From the NCBI GenBank assembly GCA_002269645.1, contig NIVC01003478.1, positions 1 through 39,999 on the forward strand: a stretch of 39,999 bases of DNA, in the 5' to 3' direction. Positions within the stretch are counted from its first letter, which is position 1; every line of letters starts with the position of its first letter. A model generated the notes under the pieces. It saw nothing but the letters and a program-made list of their open reading frames with translations. It was not told the DNA's origin and searched no databases. A program made the position numbers and the translations under genes. This DNA is from Macrostomum lignano (taxonomy: Eukaryota). Shown piece by piece: positions 1 through 12,569 of the stretch.

Positions 1-1010
1 AAGCGGCGCCGCGGGGGCCGACAGGTCGACGGAAGTGGCGGAACGACGCTCGTGGCGGACAGACGGGTGGCCTGCTGAAGAACTGCATTGTGCACTGATA
101 GCCATAATGCGCGCAGTACATTATTGAGCTCGCTGGGAGGCCGAAATTGCCATAGACAATTCGGGCTGAAAGATTCGCTGGTGACGGGAGAAATTTAGTG
201 TGTTCGCACATTTTTACCCGACTTAGCATATCATAATTTAATAATTCATTTTTTCAAGTAGGCTGTTCGACTTGTGAAGTAACCATTTTCAGTTTGTGTT
301 TTTCTGTAGAAAATTCAACTAAAATATTGCTCCAAATGAAATCTCCATGGCTTCAGAAACAAGTCTGCTACAGCGCTACAATTTCAAAGCAAAATTTCGC
401 TTTTGTACTTAAAAGTCTCGCGAACTTCTTATTCGATATAAATAAAACATTGCAAGTAAAGTTCAACTTCCTTTAGATAGCATCGAAGTTAATTTGTAAG
501 AAATTCGGGTGTAAAACTATGTCCAAAATTAGTTGTTTATTTGATTTCAATTTCTAAAAATTATCACGCGTAACTGGAGCGTATATAGCCATAGATACAC
601 TGCAGCTGTGGCTCTTTAAAGATTTTAAAGAAAGATAGAGAAATAAAAAATTGATGAGCAAGTTTATATCAATAAAAAAGTCAGGAAAGATAAAAAGAAG
701 CCGCGAGATTCGCAAGAAAAGGGATGCAAAATTTTACAGAAAAATTGATTGATTTCATTGAAAACAAATCAGAAGCTCTGCATCCTCGCAAGCTGCTCAA
801 GAAACTGAGCTCAACCAGCACGCTGTTGAGATGACTTGAACGCCAAGTAATTCTCCTCCTCCAATTCCGTCATCAGCTTGTTCAGCGCGTAGATCTAAAG
901 TTGCGATTAGAAATAGGTGACAGCGTCAAGGTGAAATGCATCAGGTTGGAGCCTGCTGTGTGTGGCATCATCAGCCATAATTTGTAAACAGCAACTGGAA
1001 ACAGGCCAGA

Positions 1011-1635
1011 ATCATCTGGCATCATCTAGTATCATCTGCATCATCTAGTACATCTGGCATCATCTAGTATCCTCTCGCATCATCTAGTATCATCTGGCAT
1101 CATCTAGTACCATCTGGCATCGTCTAGTATCATCTGGCATCATCTAGTACATCTGGCATCGTCTAGTATCATCTGGCATCAACTAGTATCATCTGGCATC
1201 GTCTAGTACCATCTGGCATCGTCTAGTATCATCTGGCATCAACTAGTATCATCTGGCATCGTCTAGTACCATCTGGAATCATCTAGTACCATCTGGCATC
1301 ATCTAGTATCATCTGGCATCATCTAGTATCATCTGGCATCATCTAGTACCATCTGGCATCAACTAGTATCATCTCGCATCATCTAGTACCATCTGGCATC
1401 ATCTAGTATCATCTGGAATTATCTAGTACCATCTGGCATCATCTAGTATCATCTGGCATCATCTAGTATCATCTGGCATCGTCTAGTATCATCTGGCATC
1501 ATCTAGTACCATCTGACATCATCTAGTACCATCTGGCATCAACTAGTATCATGTCGCATCATCTAGTAGTATCATCTCGCATCATCTAGCATCATCTGGC
1601 ATCATCTAGTATCATCTATTGCCATCTGGCATCAT
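1011..1635. repeat. 20-bp minisatellite (catcatctagtatcatctgg)
   Basis: Tandem array of about 30 units. Confidence 0.95.
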
Positions 1636-1748
1636 ACTGCATCGCCCAGAGCTACCAGAATCAACTGAAACCATCTTGTATCCCTCGTAATCATCCAGTA
1701 CGATCTAAAATCATAAATTTTCTAATCCTGCTCCATCCAGCATCACCG

Positions 1749-2292
1749 CTAGCCATCATCCGCCACAACCGCTGTGAAGCACCCTGCACCAACCCGTCGC
1801 CTCTGCTGCGCCCGCTCCTCGGCCTCCCAAGCGTCTGCCGAGTCCATCGCCCAGTAGCCAGGCGCCACTCGAGTGGCAGCGGTCGAGCGTCGCATTCGAG
1901 ACGATGACAATTTAAACAAGTCGTTCGATGTCTGCTGTCGCATCAGCAGAGACTTCGATGTTGTCGAGACTGCGCCAGGTCGAGACGGCCCGGCGCTGGA
2001 CAAGGCGTCTTCGTGGACCTTCGGGGCAGCGTCGGTACAGAAGGCCGCGTTGGCGGTTGTGGCTGCGGCTGTCTCTGCTTCAACTGTCCAGGCAGAGCCA
2101 AAGCGTAAGAAGTGACGGCTCTCTGCAGCGTCAAATCCGCCTGCTTCCGGGACGCTGAAGGCAGAGCCGGTGGCTGCTGCTTCAGCTGTTGAACCGGTTG
2201 GTACTCCAGCAGCATGAGTCGCGTGGCACCGGACATCGCATGCCAGATTGTCTGCGCGCTGGTTCAATGCACTGACCGGGACTTCCGGCATG
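1749..2292 (-). CDS. C2CD2L-like exon 13 (putative terminal coding exon)
   Basis: Acceptor accgccag|C, phase 2. GC- and Ala-rich open frame of 180 codons to TAG at 1749-1751. The whole corrected model totals 2940 nt, divisible by 3. Confidence 0.55.
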
Positions 2293-2371
2293 CTGGCGGT
2301 ATTTTAGTTGTAAAATATAATTATTTTAGCAGTTAAATACAAGCACCGTGCCACTAAAAAACGGAATTTCT

Positions 2372-3240
2372 AATGTCCCTCTACAGCAGGGATCACCTCT
2401 GCAATGTCCCTCTACAGCAGGGACCACCTCTGCAATGTCCCTCTACAGCAGGGACCACCTCTGTCATGTCCCTCTACAGCAGGGACCACCTCTGCAATGT
2501 CCCTCTACAGCAGGGACCACCTCTGCAATGTCCCTCTACAGCAGAGACCACCTCTGTCATGTCCCTCTACAGCAGGGACCACCTCTGTCATGTCCCTCTA
2601 CAGCAGGGACCACCTCTGCAATGTCCCTCTACAGCAGGGACCACCTCTGTCATGTCCCTCTACAGCAGGGACCACCTCTGCAATGTCCCTCTACAGCAGG
2701 GACCACCTCTGCAATGTCCCTCTACAGCAGGGACCACCTCTGTCATGTCCCTCTACAGCAGGGACCACCTCTGTCATGTCCCTCTACAGCAGGGACCACC
2801 TCTGTCATGTCCCTCTACAGCAGGGACCACCTCTGTCATGTCCCTCTACAGCAGGGACCACCTCTGCAATGTCCCTCTACAGCAGGGACCACCTCTGCAA
2901 TGTCCCTCTAAAAAACAGCAGGGACCACCTCTGCAATGTCCCTCTACAGCAGGGACCACCTCTGTCATGTCCCTCTACAGCAGGGACCACCTCTGTCATG
3001 TCCCTCTACAGCAGGGACCACCTCTGTCATGTCCCTCTACAGCAGGGACCACCTCTGTCATGTCCCTCTACAGCAGGGACCACCTCTGCAATGTCCCTCT
3101 ACAGCAGGGACCACCTCTGCAATGTCCCTCTACAGCAGGGACCACCTCTGCAATGTCCCTCTACAGCAGGGACCACCTCTGCAATGTCCCTCTACAGCAG
3201 GGACCACCTCTGCAATGTCCCTCTACAGCAGGGACCACCT
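2372..3240. repeat. 31/32-bp minisatellite (atgtccctctacagcagggaccacctctgca)
   Basis: Tandem array of about 27 units, intronic. Confidence 0.95.
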
Positions 3241-4049
3241 TGCTATCAAAATGGTCAGTCAAAAAAGTCTTACACAGAATAGGTATCAAATATATTTGCT
3301 TTCTGCAATTAACCGGAGGTGTAAAAACAATATTTAACGCCGATAAAGCTGCTCATAACTCGATGACAACAATCAGATAAAAAATCCTAGACTGCCTAGG
3401 AACAAAACATACTCGTACTGCAATAACTTTCAAAATACAGACAGCGAAAAATCTGATATAACAAAAAACGCGCAAAATGTTAACAATGAGCGTGCAAATC
3501 TCTAGCCAGAGTTGGCAATATAAATTAAAACAACCAAATCAAAGGATACTAACTAAAAATCACAAATTGACACTTATAGACTGAGTTAGATAACAAAGCA
3601 GTGCTTAAAATTTAATCTATATATTTCTTTAATGATTTCTGAAAGCGGAATATTCTCAAAATACACACTACTGACCAGGCAATCAATAAGTAGACTAGTG
3701 CGCATATACCTTACTAAATAGAATTATATATATGAAAAAATCAGCACGATAATGAGTGCAGAAATACTTGGTGCAGAATAGCAAACTAAATTTGTGAAAA
3801 ACTCCTCTAGTAAAATTTTTCTAAACTAAAATTGCTTCTAAAAGCAGGGAATCGAAAAATTTGAATCGAAAGTCCTCAATAGAAATAAAGATAGAGGAGA
3901 AGAGAAGAGACAACAGCTTTTTATATCATGCAACTGCGGCTAACAAATTAATTACCATTTCGAAAATTTGAAATCAGCTGCTACTCAAAATTTATATATC
4001 TGATATTTTATTTATTTAATTCCGGAATGTTTTGAGCCTCACAAGTCAC

Positions 4050-4125
4050 AGAATCTCTTCGCTGTTCCAGCCGCTGCGGTCGGATACCGGATTTGAACTC
4101 TCGGCTGGAAGTCGATTTGAAAATT
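4050..4125 (-). CDS. C2CD2L-like exon 12
   Basis: Acceptor tttcccag|AA (phase 1) and donor CT|GTGACT (phase 2). 76 nt. Links exon 11 and exon 13 in frame. Confidence 0.5.
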
Positions 4126-4148
4126 CTGGGAAATTTAACTCCAAATAT

Positions 4149-4151
4149 GAC

Positions 4152-4217
<66 letters not shown>

Positions 4218-4267
4218 AGGCAGACAGACAGACAGACAGACAGACAAGAAGGCAGACAGACAGACAC

Positions 4268-4316
<49 letters not shown>

Positions 4317-4325
4317 GACAGACAC

Positions 4326-4412
<87 letters not shown>

Positions 4413-4415
4413 CTA

Positions 4416-4512
<97 letters not shown>

Positions 4513-4513
4513 G
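4149..4513. repeat. (GACA)n microsatellite
   Basis: Fills about 365 of the 400 nt in the intron 4126-4525. Confidence 0.98.
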
Positions 4514-4525
4514 CTCCAAGCTCAC

Positions 4526-4841
4526 CAGTCTGGTCCTGAGGCCTCAGCCGCCGCTTGTGCCCGCGAAGTCCGCGACCGCTCAACAGCCTCCGAAGGCTGC
4601 CGCTGAGGCCGCCACCGCCGCTGATGCGACCGCCAACATCCGGCTGCTGTTTGCTCGGCAAACCGGAAGTGGCCGGAAGTTCACCGCCGCCGCCGCCGCC
4701 TCGGTCTGTGCTGACCGGCCGTCTGCCGTTGCCGCCGCCGCCGATGATGGCGCGGCGCAGGCGACTCGCGAAACTGTGCGACCTGCCAGCAGGCTTGGCT
4801 GGAGAGTTGAGGATGAAGTCGAGATTAGTGATGAAGGTGAC
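4526..4841 (-). CDS. C2CD2L-like exon 11 (Gly/Arg-rich)
   Basis: Acceptor gaattag|GTC, phase 0. Open for 316 nt ([14 protein letters not shown]...[13 protein letters not shown]...). Donor G|GTGAGC, phase 1. Confidence 0.55.
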
Positions 4842-4907
4842 CTAATTCAGGTGCCACTCAGGTGTCACTGAGTGCGCAGCAGCAGGCTGAAACAAAAGGA
4901 ATCTCAC

Positions 4908-4944
4908 CCTTTGGCTTGGCGACCGCGGAAGAATCCTCGGTAGC
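4908..4944 (-). CDS. C2CD2L-like exon 10 (tentative, 37 nt)
   Basis: Acceptor atattttag| and donor AGG|GTGAGA. Phase 2 to 0 reads LPRILPRSPSQR. Followed by a 66-nt intron. Confidence 0.35.
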
Positions 4945-5388
4945 CTAAAATATGAAATTAAATAAACATAATATTAATACTAATAGCAGTAGTAGCAACG
5001 GATTCAATTTGAAAAAATAAATCTGATGAATCAATCATTTTAACGTCAGAAAAAATACTTGACTCTATACCAACAACAAATAGTACACACACAGATCTAG
5101 GGGAATAATACTCTTATAAACTATAATTTTACAATTAGTTCCCCAATAAAGATCGGATCGCATGCGCGCAAAATCGCCTCTTCAAAGCTTATACTCGTAC
5201 TAAGTAGTACAAAGCGTAAATGATAATTTATTACAAAAACTGATAAATAATATTTGCGATACAAAAAATCAAAGCTCTGAACACACCCAGACCATGCTTG
5301 CATTATAAGCTGGTGCATACTTTTTTTACTTGTAGGGCTTGAAAAGGGAGAAAAGGCTGAGGGAATTTCTAAGAGTAATAATGGGATG

Positions 5389-6150
5389 GGAGGGAGAAGG
5401 GGGTGAGAGGGAGAAGGGGGTGAGAGGGAGAAGGGGGTGAGAGGGAGAAGGGGGTGAGAGGGAGAAGGGGGTGAGATGATGAAGGGGTGAGAAGGAGAAT
5501 GGGGTGAGAATATGGGGTGAGAGGGAGAATGGAGTGAGAGGGAGAATGGAGTGAGAGGGAGAGAGAGGGAGAATGGAGTGAGAGGGAGAATGGAGTGAGA
5601 GGGAGAGAGAGGGAGAATGGAGTGAGAGGGAGAGAGAGGGAGAATGGAGTGAGAGGGAGAGAGAGGGAGAATGGAGTGAGAGGGAGAGAGAGGGAGAATG
5701 GAGTGAGAGGGAGAGAGAGGGAGAATGGAGTGAGAGGGAGAGAGAGGGAGAATGGAGTGAGAGGGAGAGAGAGGGAGAATGGAGTGAGAGGGAGAGAGAG
5801 GGAGAATGGAGTGAGAGGGAGAGAGAGGGAGAATGGAGTGAGAGGGAGAGAGAGGGAGAATGGAGTGAGAGGGAGAATGGAGTGAGAGGGAGAGAGGGGA
5901 GAATGGAGTGAAAGGGAGAGAGAGGGAGAATGGAGTGAGAGGGAGAGAGAGGGAGAATGGAGTGAGAGGCAGAGAGAGGGAGAATGGAGTGAGAGGGAGA
6001 ATGGAGTGAGAGGGAGAGAGAGGGAGAATGGAGTGAGAGGGAGAATGGAGTGAGAGGGAGAGAGGGGGAGAATGGGGTGAGAGGGAGAGAGAGGGAGAAT
6101 GGAGTGAGAGGGAGAATGGAGTGAGAGGGAGAGAGAGGGAAATGGGGTGA
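5389..6150. repeat. Purine-rich 17/27-bp minisatellite (gagggagaatggagtga...)
   Basis: Tandem GA-rich array. Confidence 0.95.
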
Positions 6151-6260
6151 TGGATAAGAGACGGAGAGGGGAGGGAAGCAGTTGAGATGACGGCAGGGTG
6201 GGCCCTGAGACAGGGCAGACAGCCAGTCTTATGCGGTGCCAGTCAGCCAGTGCCTCTCAC

Positions 6261-6310
6261 CAAAGCGTCAGTGGACCAGTGCTCTCTGGGAGCGAGCTGA
6301 GTTCGAGCAG
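6261..6310 (-). CDS. C2CD2L-like exon 9 (tentative, 50 nt)
   Basis: Acceptor gacttcag| and donor |GTGAGA. Open in phase 0 to 2 (LLELSSLPESTGPLTLW) and also in phase 1 to 0. Confidence 0.35.
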
Positions 6311-6828
6311 CTGAAGTCATCAATTCGCAGTGTTATGCATGTTACTATTAGTAGGCAAAGTCAGCGTTTAATCACGCAATAAGCTCGGCATGCAACGAAC
6401 GGGTTTGAGATATTTGAAAGCATTATTTAAGTAGCAATTTTAAATCCTTTGAAAATATTCTAACATAAGGCCGCACACTAATTGGCAATGTTGCCGAGTT
6501 CATAGACCCGTGTAGGATAATATCTGCAGGTATAAATATAACCGATAATTTAAACAAATTCAAAATGAGTTGAAATGAATTTTCTTAACTAAACACTGAT
6601 TTTAACCCGGATAGACTGGGTTGTAATTGTTTCTGGGATAATTATTAATTTGCTCTTACACAAATACCAGGGGCGATTTAAGTAGAAATATGGATTTTCA
6701 TTATCTTCATTTTTCTAGGTTTCTCCTATAAAATAAGTTTTTCTTTTAAGAAGTTTTGAGCTTTCTAACGCTGAATGCTGATGATTGCAGTTATCAAGAC
6801 AGTTCATGACTAAAAATGTTGTAGAATA

Positions 6829-7340
6829 GGGCCGCCATTCCCAGGGCCGCCATTCCCAGGGCCGCCATTCCCAGGGCCGCCATTCCCAGGGCCGCCATTC
6901 CCAGGGCCGCCATTTCCAGGGCCGCCATTCCCAGGGCCGCCATTTCCAGGGCCGCCATTCCCAGGGCCGCCATTCCCAGGGCCGCCATTCCCAGGACCGC
7001 CATTCCCAGGACCGCCATTCCCAGGGCCGCCATCTCAGGGGCACCGTTTAGGGGCGTCATTCCAAGGGGTGTTATTCCCAAAAGCGTCATTCCAAGGGGC
7101 GCGATTCCGAGGGGCGCCATTCCCAGGGGCGCCATTCCCAGGGGCGCCATTCCCAGGGGCGCCATTCCCAGGGGCGCCATTCCCAGGGGCGCCATTCCCA
7201 GGGGCGCCATTCCCAGGGGCGCCATTCCCAGGGGCGCCATTCCCAGGGGTGCCATTCCCAGGGGCGCCATTCCCAGGGCGCCATTCCCAAGGGCGCCATT
7301 CCGAGGGCGCCATTACGAGGGGCGCCATTCCGAGGGGCGC
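6829..7340. repeat. 15-bp minisatellite in two variant blocks (gggccgccattccca / ggggcgccattccca)
   Basis: Two homogeneous blocks in the same orientation, separated by degenerate units at about 7030-7110. Confidence 0.95.
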
Positions 7341-7694
7341 TATCCAGGATTTTATATATATGGTTAAGATTTTCAAAAACAATGCCCAACACTAAAATTG
7401 AAACGGTATGACTTTCTAAGAAACAGTTTCGCGTCCTACTTAAGTCGCGCTTGATAAATAGTCATATTTCATAACTCTGCTTTCAGAGACTATAAAAGCA
7501 AAATGCACTTATCCAAAATAATGCTGAATTATAAAACTTGGAAACTTGGATCTCAGCAGAACAAAATCCTTTCACAGAAGTCAATAATTTGCATTGTTAT
7601 ATAAAAAAGCAGCAATAGGCAGGTTTCCAAAGAAACACAGCAAGCAGGCATGCGCTTGGGGGCTGCCAATGCAAAGCAATCCATCAGATCTTAC

Positions 7695-7819
7695 ACAAGC
7701 CGCTAACTGCTTCTGATTGAGTTTGTTTGCCCAGCGCTCTGGCACAATCAGAGTTTCAACAGTGATGTACAGGGGAGCATCGGCTGTCTCAGAGGTGCAG
7801 CATCTGTCTTGGCTGTTGC
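7695..7819 (-). CDS. C2CD2L-like exon 8 (tentative)
   Basis: Open frame ...ADAPLYITVETLIVPERWANKLNQKQLAAC with a phase 0 donor TGT|GTAAGA. The acceptor is uncertain (7819 is weak; 7867 brings in an in-frame TGA). It makes the phases of exons 9-11 consistent. Confidence 0.3.
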
Positions 7820-8030
7820 CTTGACAACGGCATCGCAGTCAGTTGGATTGATTTATTGACTTAGCAACTAATTAATTCTACTACTGGCATATGAAGTCAG
7901 AGGCAAGAATATAGTGATAAAAATTGTTACACGCAATTTACTCTACTAACAGTAGGAAAAATGAGAGAAGTTTTTATAACTAGTTTCTAAATTGTAAATC
8001 TTATTGTCAATCAAATCCCTTTTCACTTAC

Positions 8031-8153
8031 CGCCGTTGCCAGTATCTTTGTCGCGATCCACTTCTCGGTTGCTATGACAACGAACTGGGGCGGAACTTCG
8101 ATTTTCCCTCTCGCTGGCGGCAAGGTCGCCAAGGGTGCGGGACAGCGAGGCGT
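8031..8153 (-). CDS. C2CD2L: C2CD2L-like exon 7
   Basis: GC-rich island. Acceptor ccgccttcag|AC and donor G|GTAAGT. 123 nt, phase 1-1, open frame ASLSRTLGDLAASERENRSS... Confidence 0.55.
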
Positions 8154-8382
8154 CTGAAGGCGGGAATTAATATTTAACATCACTGATTCCAGCAGAAATC
8201 GGTTTAACAGATTGCTATGTATTCTATAATAGCAAAGTTAATCGATGCTTAATATGGGTGGCATTCCGCGTTTTAAAGCTCAAATGACATGCGACCAATA
8301 TTTAGCGTTTCGGCCATAATGAGAAGGGTTTAGTGCATACATCGAATTTCATAAATTATCGTTGCATTGCTGTGCCTCCTAA

Positions 8383-10892
8383 CCTAAATAACTGGACCGC
8401 ATCATTGTGTCTCCTAAAATAACTGAACCACATCATTGCGTCTCCTAAATAACTGAACCGCATCATTGTGTCTCCTAAATAACTGGACCGCATCATTGTG
8501 CCTCCTAAATAGCTGGATAGCACCATGCATTGTGCCTCCTAAATAACTGGACCGCATCATTGTGTCTTCTAAATAACTGGACCGCATCATTGTCTCCCAA
8601 ATAACTGGACCGCATCATTGTGCCTCCTAAATAACTGGACCGCATCATTGTGTCTTCTAAATAACTGGACCGCATCATTGTGTCTCCTAAATAACTGGAC
8701 CGCATCATTGTGCCTCCTAAATAGCTGGATAGCACCATGCATTGTGCCTCCTAAATAACTGGACCGCATCATTGTGTCTTCTAAATAACTGGACCGCATC
8801 ATTGTCTCCCAAAAAACTGGACCGCATCATTGTGTCTCCTAAATAACTGGACCGCATCATTGTGTCTCCCAAATAACTGGACCGCATCATTGTGTCGCCT
8901 AAATAACTGGACCGCATCATTGTGTCGCCTAAATAACTGGACCGCATCATTGTGTCACCTAAATAACTGGACCGCATCATTGTGCCTCCCAAATAACTGG
9001 ACCGCATCATTGTGTCTCCTAAATAACTGGACCGCATCATTGTGTCGCCTAAATAACTGGACCGCATCATTGTGCCTCCTAAATAACTGGACCGCATCAT
9101 TGTGTCACCTAAATAACTGGACCGCATCATTGTGTCTCCTAAATAACTGGACCGCATCATTGTGCCTCCTAAATAGCTGGATAGCACCATGCATTGTGCC
9201 TCCTAAATAACTGGACCGCATCATTGTGTCTTCTAAATAACTGGACCGCATCATTGTCTCCAAAAAACTGGACCGCATCATTGTGTCTCCTAAATAACTG
9301 GACCGCATCATTGCGTCTTCCAAATAACTGGACCGCATCATTGTGTCTCCTAAATAACTGGACCGCATCATTGTGTCGCCTAAATAACTGGACCGCATCA
9401 TTGTGTCTCCTAAATAACTGGACCGCATCATTGTGTCTCCTAAATAACTGGACCGCATCATTGTGTCACCTAAATAACTGGACCGCATCATTGTGTCTCC
9501 TAAATAACTGGACCGCATCATTGTGTCTTCTAAATAACTGGACCGCATCATTGTGTCACCTAAATAACTGGACCGCATCATTGTGCCTCCTAAATAACTG
9601 GACCGCATCATTGTGCCTCCTAAATAACTGGACCGCATCATTGTGTCTTCTAAATAACTGGACCGCATCATTGTGTCACCTAAATAACTGGACCGCATCA
9701 TTGTGTCGCCTAAATAACTGGACCGCATCATTGTGCTCCTAAATACTGGACCGCATCATTGTGCCTCCTAAATAACTGGACCGCATCATTGTGTCTCCTA
9801 AATAACTGGACCGCATCATTGTGTCTCCTAAATAACTGGACCGCATCATTGTGTCTCCTAAATAACTGGACCGCATCATTGTGTCACCTAAATAACTGGA
9901 CCGCATCATTGTGTCTTCTAAATAACTGGACCGCATCATTGTGTCACCTAAATAACTGGACCGCATCATTGTGTCTCCTAAAAACTGGACCGCATCATTG
10001 TGTCTCCTAAATAACTGGACCGCATCATTGTGTCTCCTAAATAACTGGACCGCATCATTGTGTCTCCTAAATAACTGGACCGCATCATTGTGTCTCCTAA
10101 ATAACTGGACCGCATCATTGTGCCTCCCAAATAACTGGACCGCATCATTGTGTCTTCTAAATAACTGGACCGCATCATTGTGTCGCCTAAATAACTGGAC
10201 CGCATCATTGCGTCTTCCAAATAACTGGACCGCATCATTGTGTCTTCTAAATAACTGGACCGCATCATTGTGTCGCCTAAATAACTGGACCGCATCATTG
10301 TGCCTCCCAAATAACTGGACCGCATCATTGTGTCTTCTAAATAACTGGACCGCATCATTGTGTCGCCTAAATAACTGGACCGCATCATTGCGTCTTCCAA
10401 ATAACTGGACCGCATCATTGTGGCTCCTAAATAACTGGACCGCATCATTGCGTCTTCCAAATAACTGGACCGCATCATTGTGTCTCCTAAATAACTGGAC
10501 CGCATCATTGTGTCTCCTAAATAACTGGACCGCATCATTGTGTCTCCCAAATAACTGGACCGCATCATTGTGTCTTCCAAATAACTGGACCGCATCATTG
10601 TGTCGCCTAAATAACTGGACCGCATCATTGTGTCTCCTAAATAACTGGACCGCATCATTGTGTCTTCTAAATAACTGGACCGCATCATTGTGTCTCCTAA
10701 ATAACTGGACCGCATCATTGTGTCTCCTAAATAACTGGACCGCATCATTGTGTCACCTAAATAACTGGACCGCATCATTGTGTCTCCTAAATAACTGGAC
10801 CGCATCATTGCGTCTTCCAAATAACTGGACCGCATCATTGTGTCTCCTAAATAACTGGACCGCATCATTGTGTCTCCTAAATAACTGGACCG
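8383..10892. repeat. 30-bp minisatellite (cctaaataactggaccgcatcattgtgtct)
   Basis: About 83 units. Confidence 0.97.
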
Positions 10893-11145
10893 TATAGATC
10901 TTCCATACAAGTATAAATAACGAAAATTGCAAAGGAAGGGCATGATTAGCAGGGGTGCCAGAATAAGTAGAATTGCTGCTATGCACTCGTAATATAATCA
11001 TTTAAAAATCAGAGTTAAATTCAGTTAGTTGTAGAAATCTGATTTCTGGGTACTGATTGCTCAGTGCTGGGTTATAACAAACGTTCCCACTATCAATTAA
11101 TTATAAGCCATTATAGGTAGCTATTATATTAACAAAGGAACCCAC

Positions 11146-11262
11146 GGGAGCTCCGGACTACAGCTGGCTTGGACTCAACAAGCTCAGCGATTGGCTGCCA
11201 CTGCGACTGCAGCTTAGCCTCTGAGAAGCGGACAGTCTTTTCTGACTGAACAGTTGGGGATC
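11146..11262 (-). CDS. C2CD2L: C2CD2L-like exon 6 (symmetric phase 1-1, possible cassette exon)
   Basis: Acceptor tttccttcgcag|GA. Open frame GSPTVQSEKTVRFSEAKLQSQW... Donor C|GTGGGT. 117 nt. No homology support. Confidence 0.45.
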
Positions 11263-11400
11263 CTGCGAAGGAAAGTGGCCTTTTTTAAACTGATAGAACT
11301 GACGGTCGATATGTACTAATTAAATAATAGAACGAGATAGTTGAAGTTCTTCACTTATCTAGATCGCACTAGTGAACCACAGTCTCTTGTCTGCCTCCAA

Positions 11401-11660
11401 TGTACAGTTTAGAAACCTCTGCCCCCAGTGTACAGTTTGGAAACCTCTGCCCCCAGTGTACAGTTTAGAAATCTCTGCCCCCAGTGTACAGTTAAGAAAC
11501 CTCTGCCCCCAGTGTACAGTTTAGAAATCTCTGCCCCCAGTGTACAGTTTGGAAACCTCTGCCCCCAGTGTACAGTTTAGAAATCTCTGCCCCCAGTGTA
11601 CAGTTTGGAAACCTCTGCCCCCAGTGTACAGTTTAGAAATCTCTGCCACCAATGTACAGT
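11401..11660. repeat. 28-bp minisatellite (tgtacagtttagaaacctctgcccccag)
   Basis: About 9 units. Confidence 0.95.
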
Positions 11661-11751
11661 CTTCTGTCTGGCTTGTAGTGCGATTCAAACCCGTGAGGGC
11701 TGACCCTTTAGCGTAGAAAGTGTACAAGCCTCTCAGTTAAATTCTACCTAC

Positions 11752-12044
11752 CTCCATTCGGCCGAGTGGACGAATCGTCTAAACTATCGCTGCTAGCCCC
11801 AATCGGTGGCCACTCGGCTTTAGTAGCCGGACACACGAACAGGAACTCGGCCGTCAGGGTGGCCGTCGGTCCGACAGTCGCCGGCGTTTCAGTCCGGGAC
11901 GGCCGACGCAGCGGCTGCATGATGCGAGCGCCCAGCTCCGGCAGCTCGGACAGGCGCATGCTGGCCGAGCCCAGCAGGGTGTCCAACCGGCCGGACCGAT
12001 CGAACACGTGCATTGACAGGCGTCTGGAGTTTGCGTTTAGATCG
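11752..12044 (-). CDS. C2CD2L: C2CD2L-like exon 5 (C2 domain C-half)
   Basis: Acceptor cgccag|C completes YMF. Reads DLNANSRRLSMHVFDRSGRLDTLLGSASMRLSEL...TLTAEFLF. Donor G|GTAGGT, phase 1 (293 nt). Confidence 0.8.
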
Positions 12045-12250
12045 CTGGCGGCGGCGGACAAAGGAGTTTTTTTATTAAAAACTACTTATACTACTGTTTA
12101 AGGATTACTTTAGCAGAATGATGGGACATTTACTTTATTAAAAGATCTTTCCAGACCGGTTCTACACGAATAATAAATACTGCTACTGTCATATCTTTTT
12201 ATCAGTAGTATTGATTTAAAATATTTAAAAATAAGAAAATAATAGCTGAT

Positions 12251-12557
12251 GGACAGCCCAGCGGTCTAGTGCGACGCTCTGATGTGCCAGTGGCCCCGGC
12301 TCGATTCCAAGTGCAGTCACATTGAACCCCAAGGCACAGTGAAGTGTACATGCCTAACGATAAATAAAGTTAGGGCCGCTGTACACTTCTGTGTGAGTGT
12401 GTGCCTGTGCGTATGACTGCGTACGTATCCGCGCGCTTGTGTGCCTGCTCAGGGGAGTCGGCGGAATAGGCAGCAATGCCTCTCACCGGTTGTGCAACAA
12501 TGTCGCTTAAGATGCGCTAAGGTGCCCACACAGCCCCCTCCCGAGGATATTAAATAA
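12251..12557 (+). mobile_element. Probable tRNA-derived SINE
   Basis: A-box-like CAGCCCAGCGG at 12254-12264 and B-box GGCTCGATTCC at 12298-12308, then an unrelated body and an AT-rich end (TAAATAA). Confidence 0.55.
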
Positions 12558-12569
12558 GCCATTACTCAC

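Noticed and set aside
4032-4871. Plus-strand 279-aa ORF
   Set aside because: It is the antisense shadow of GC-rich minus-strand exons plus a (GACA)n translation.
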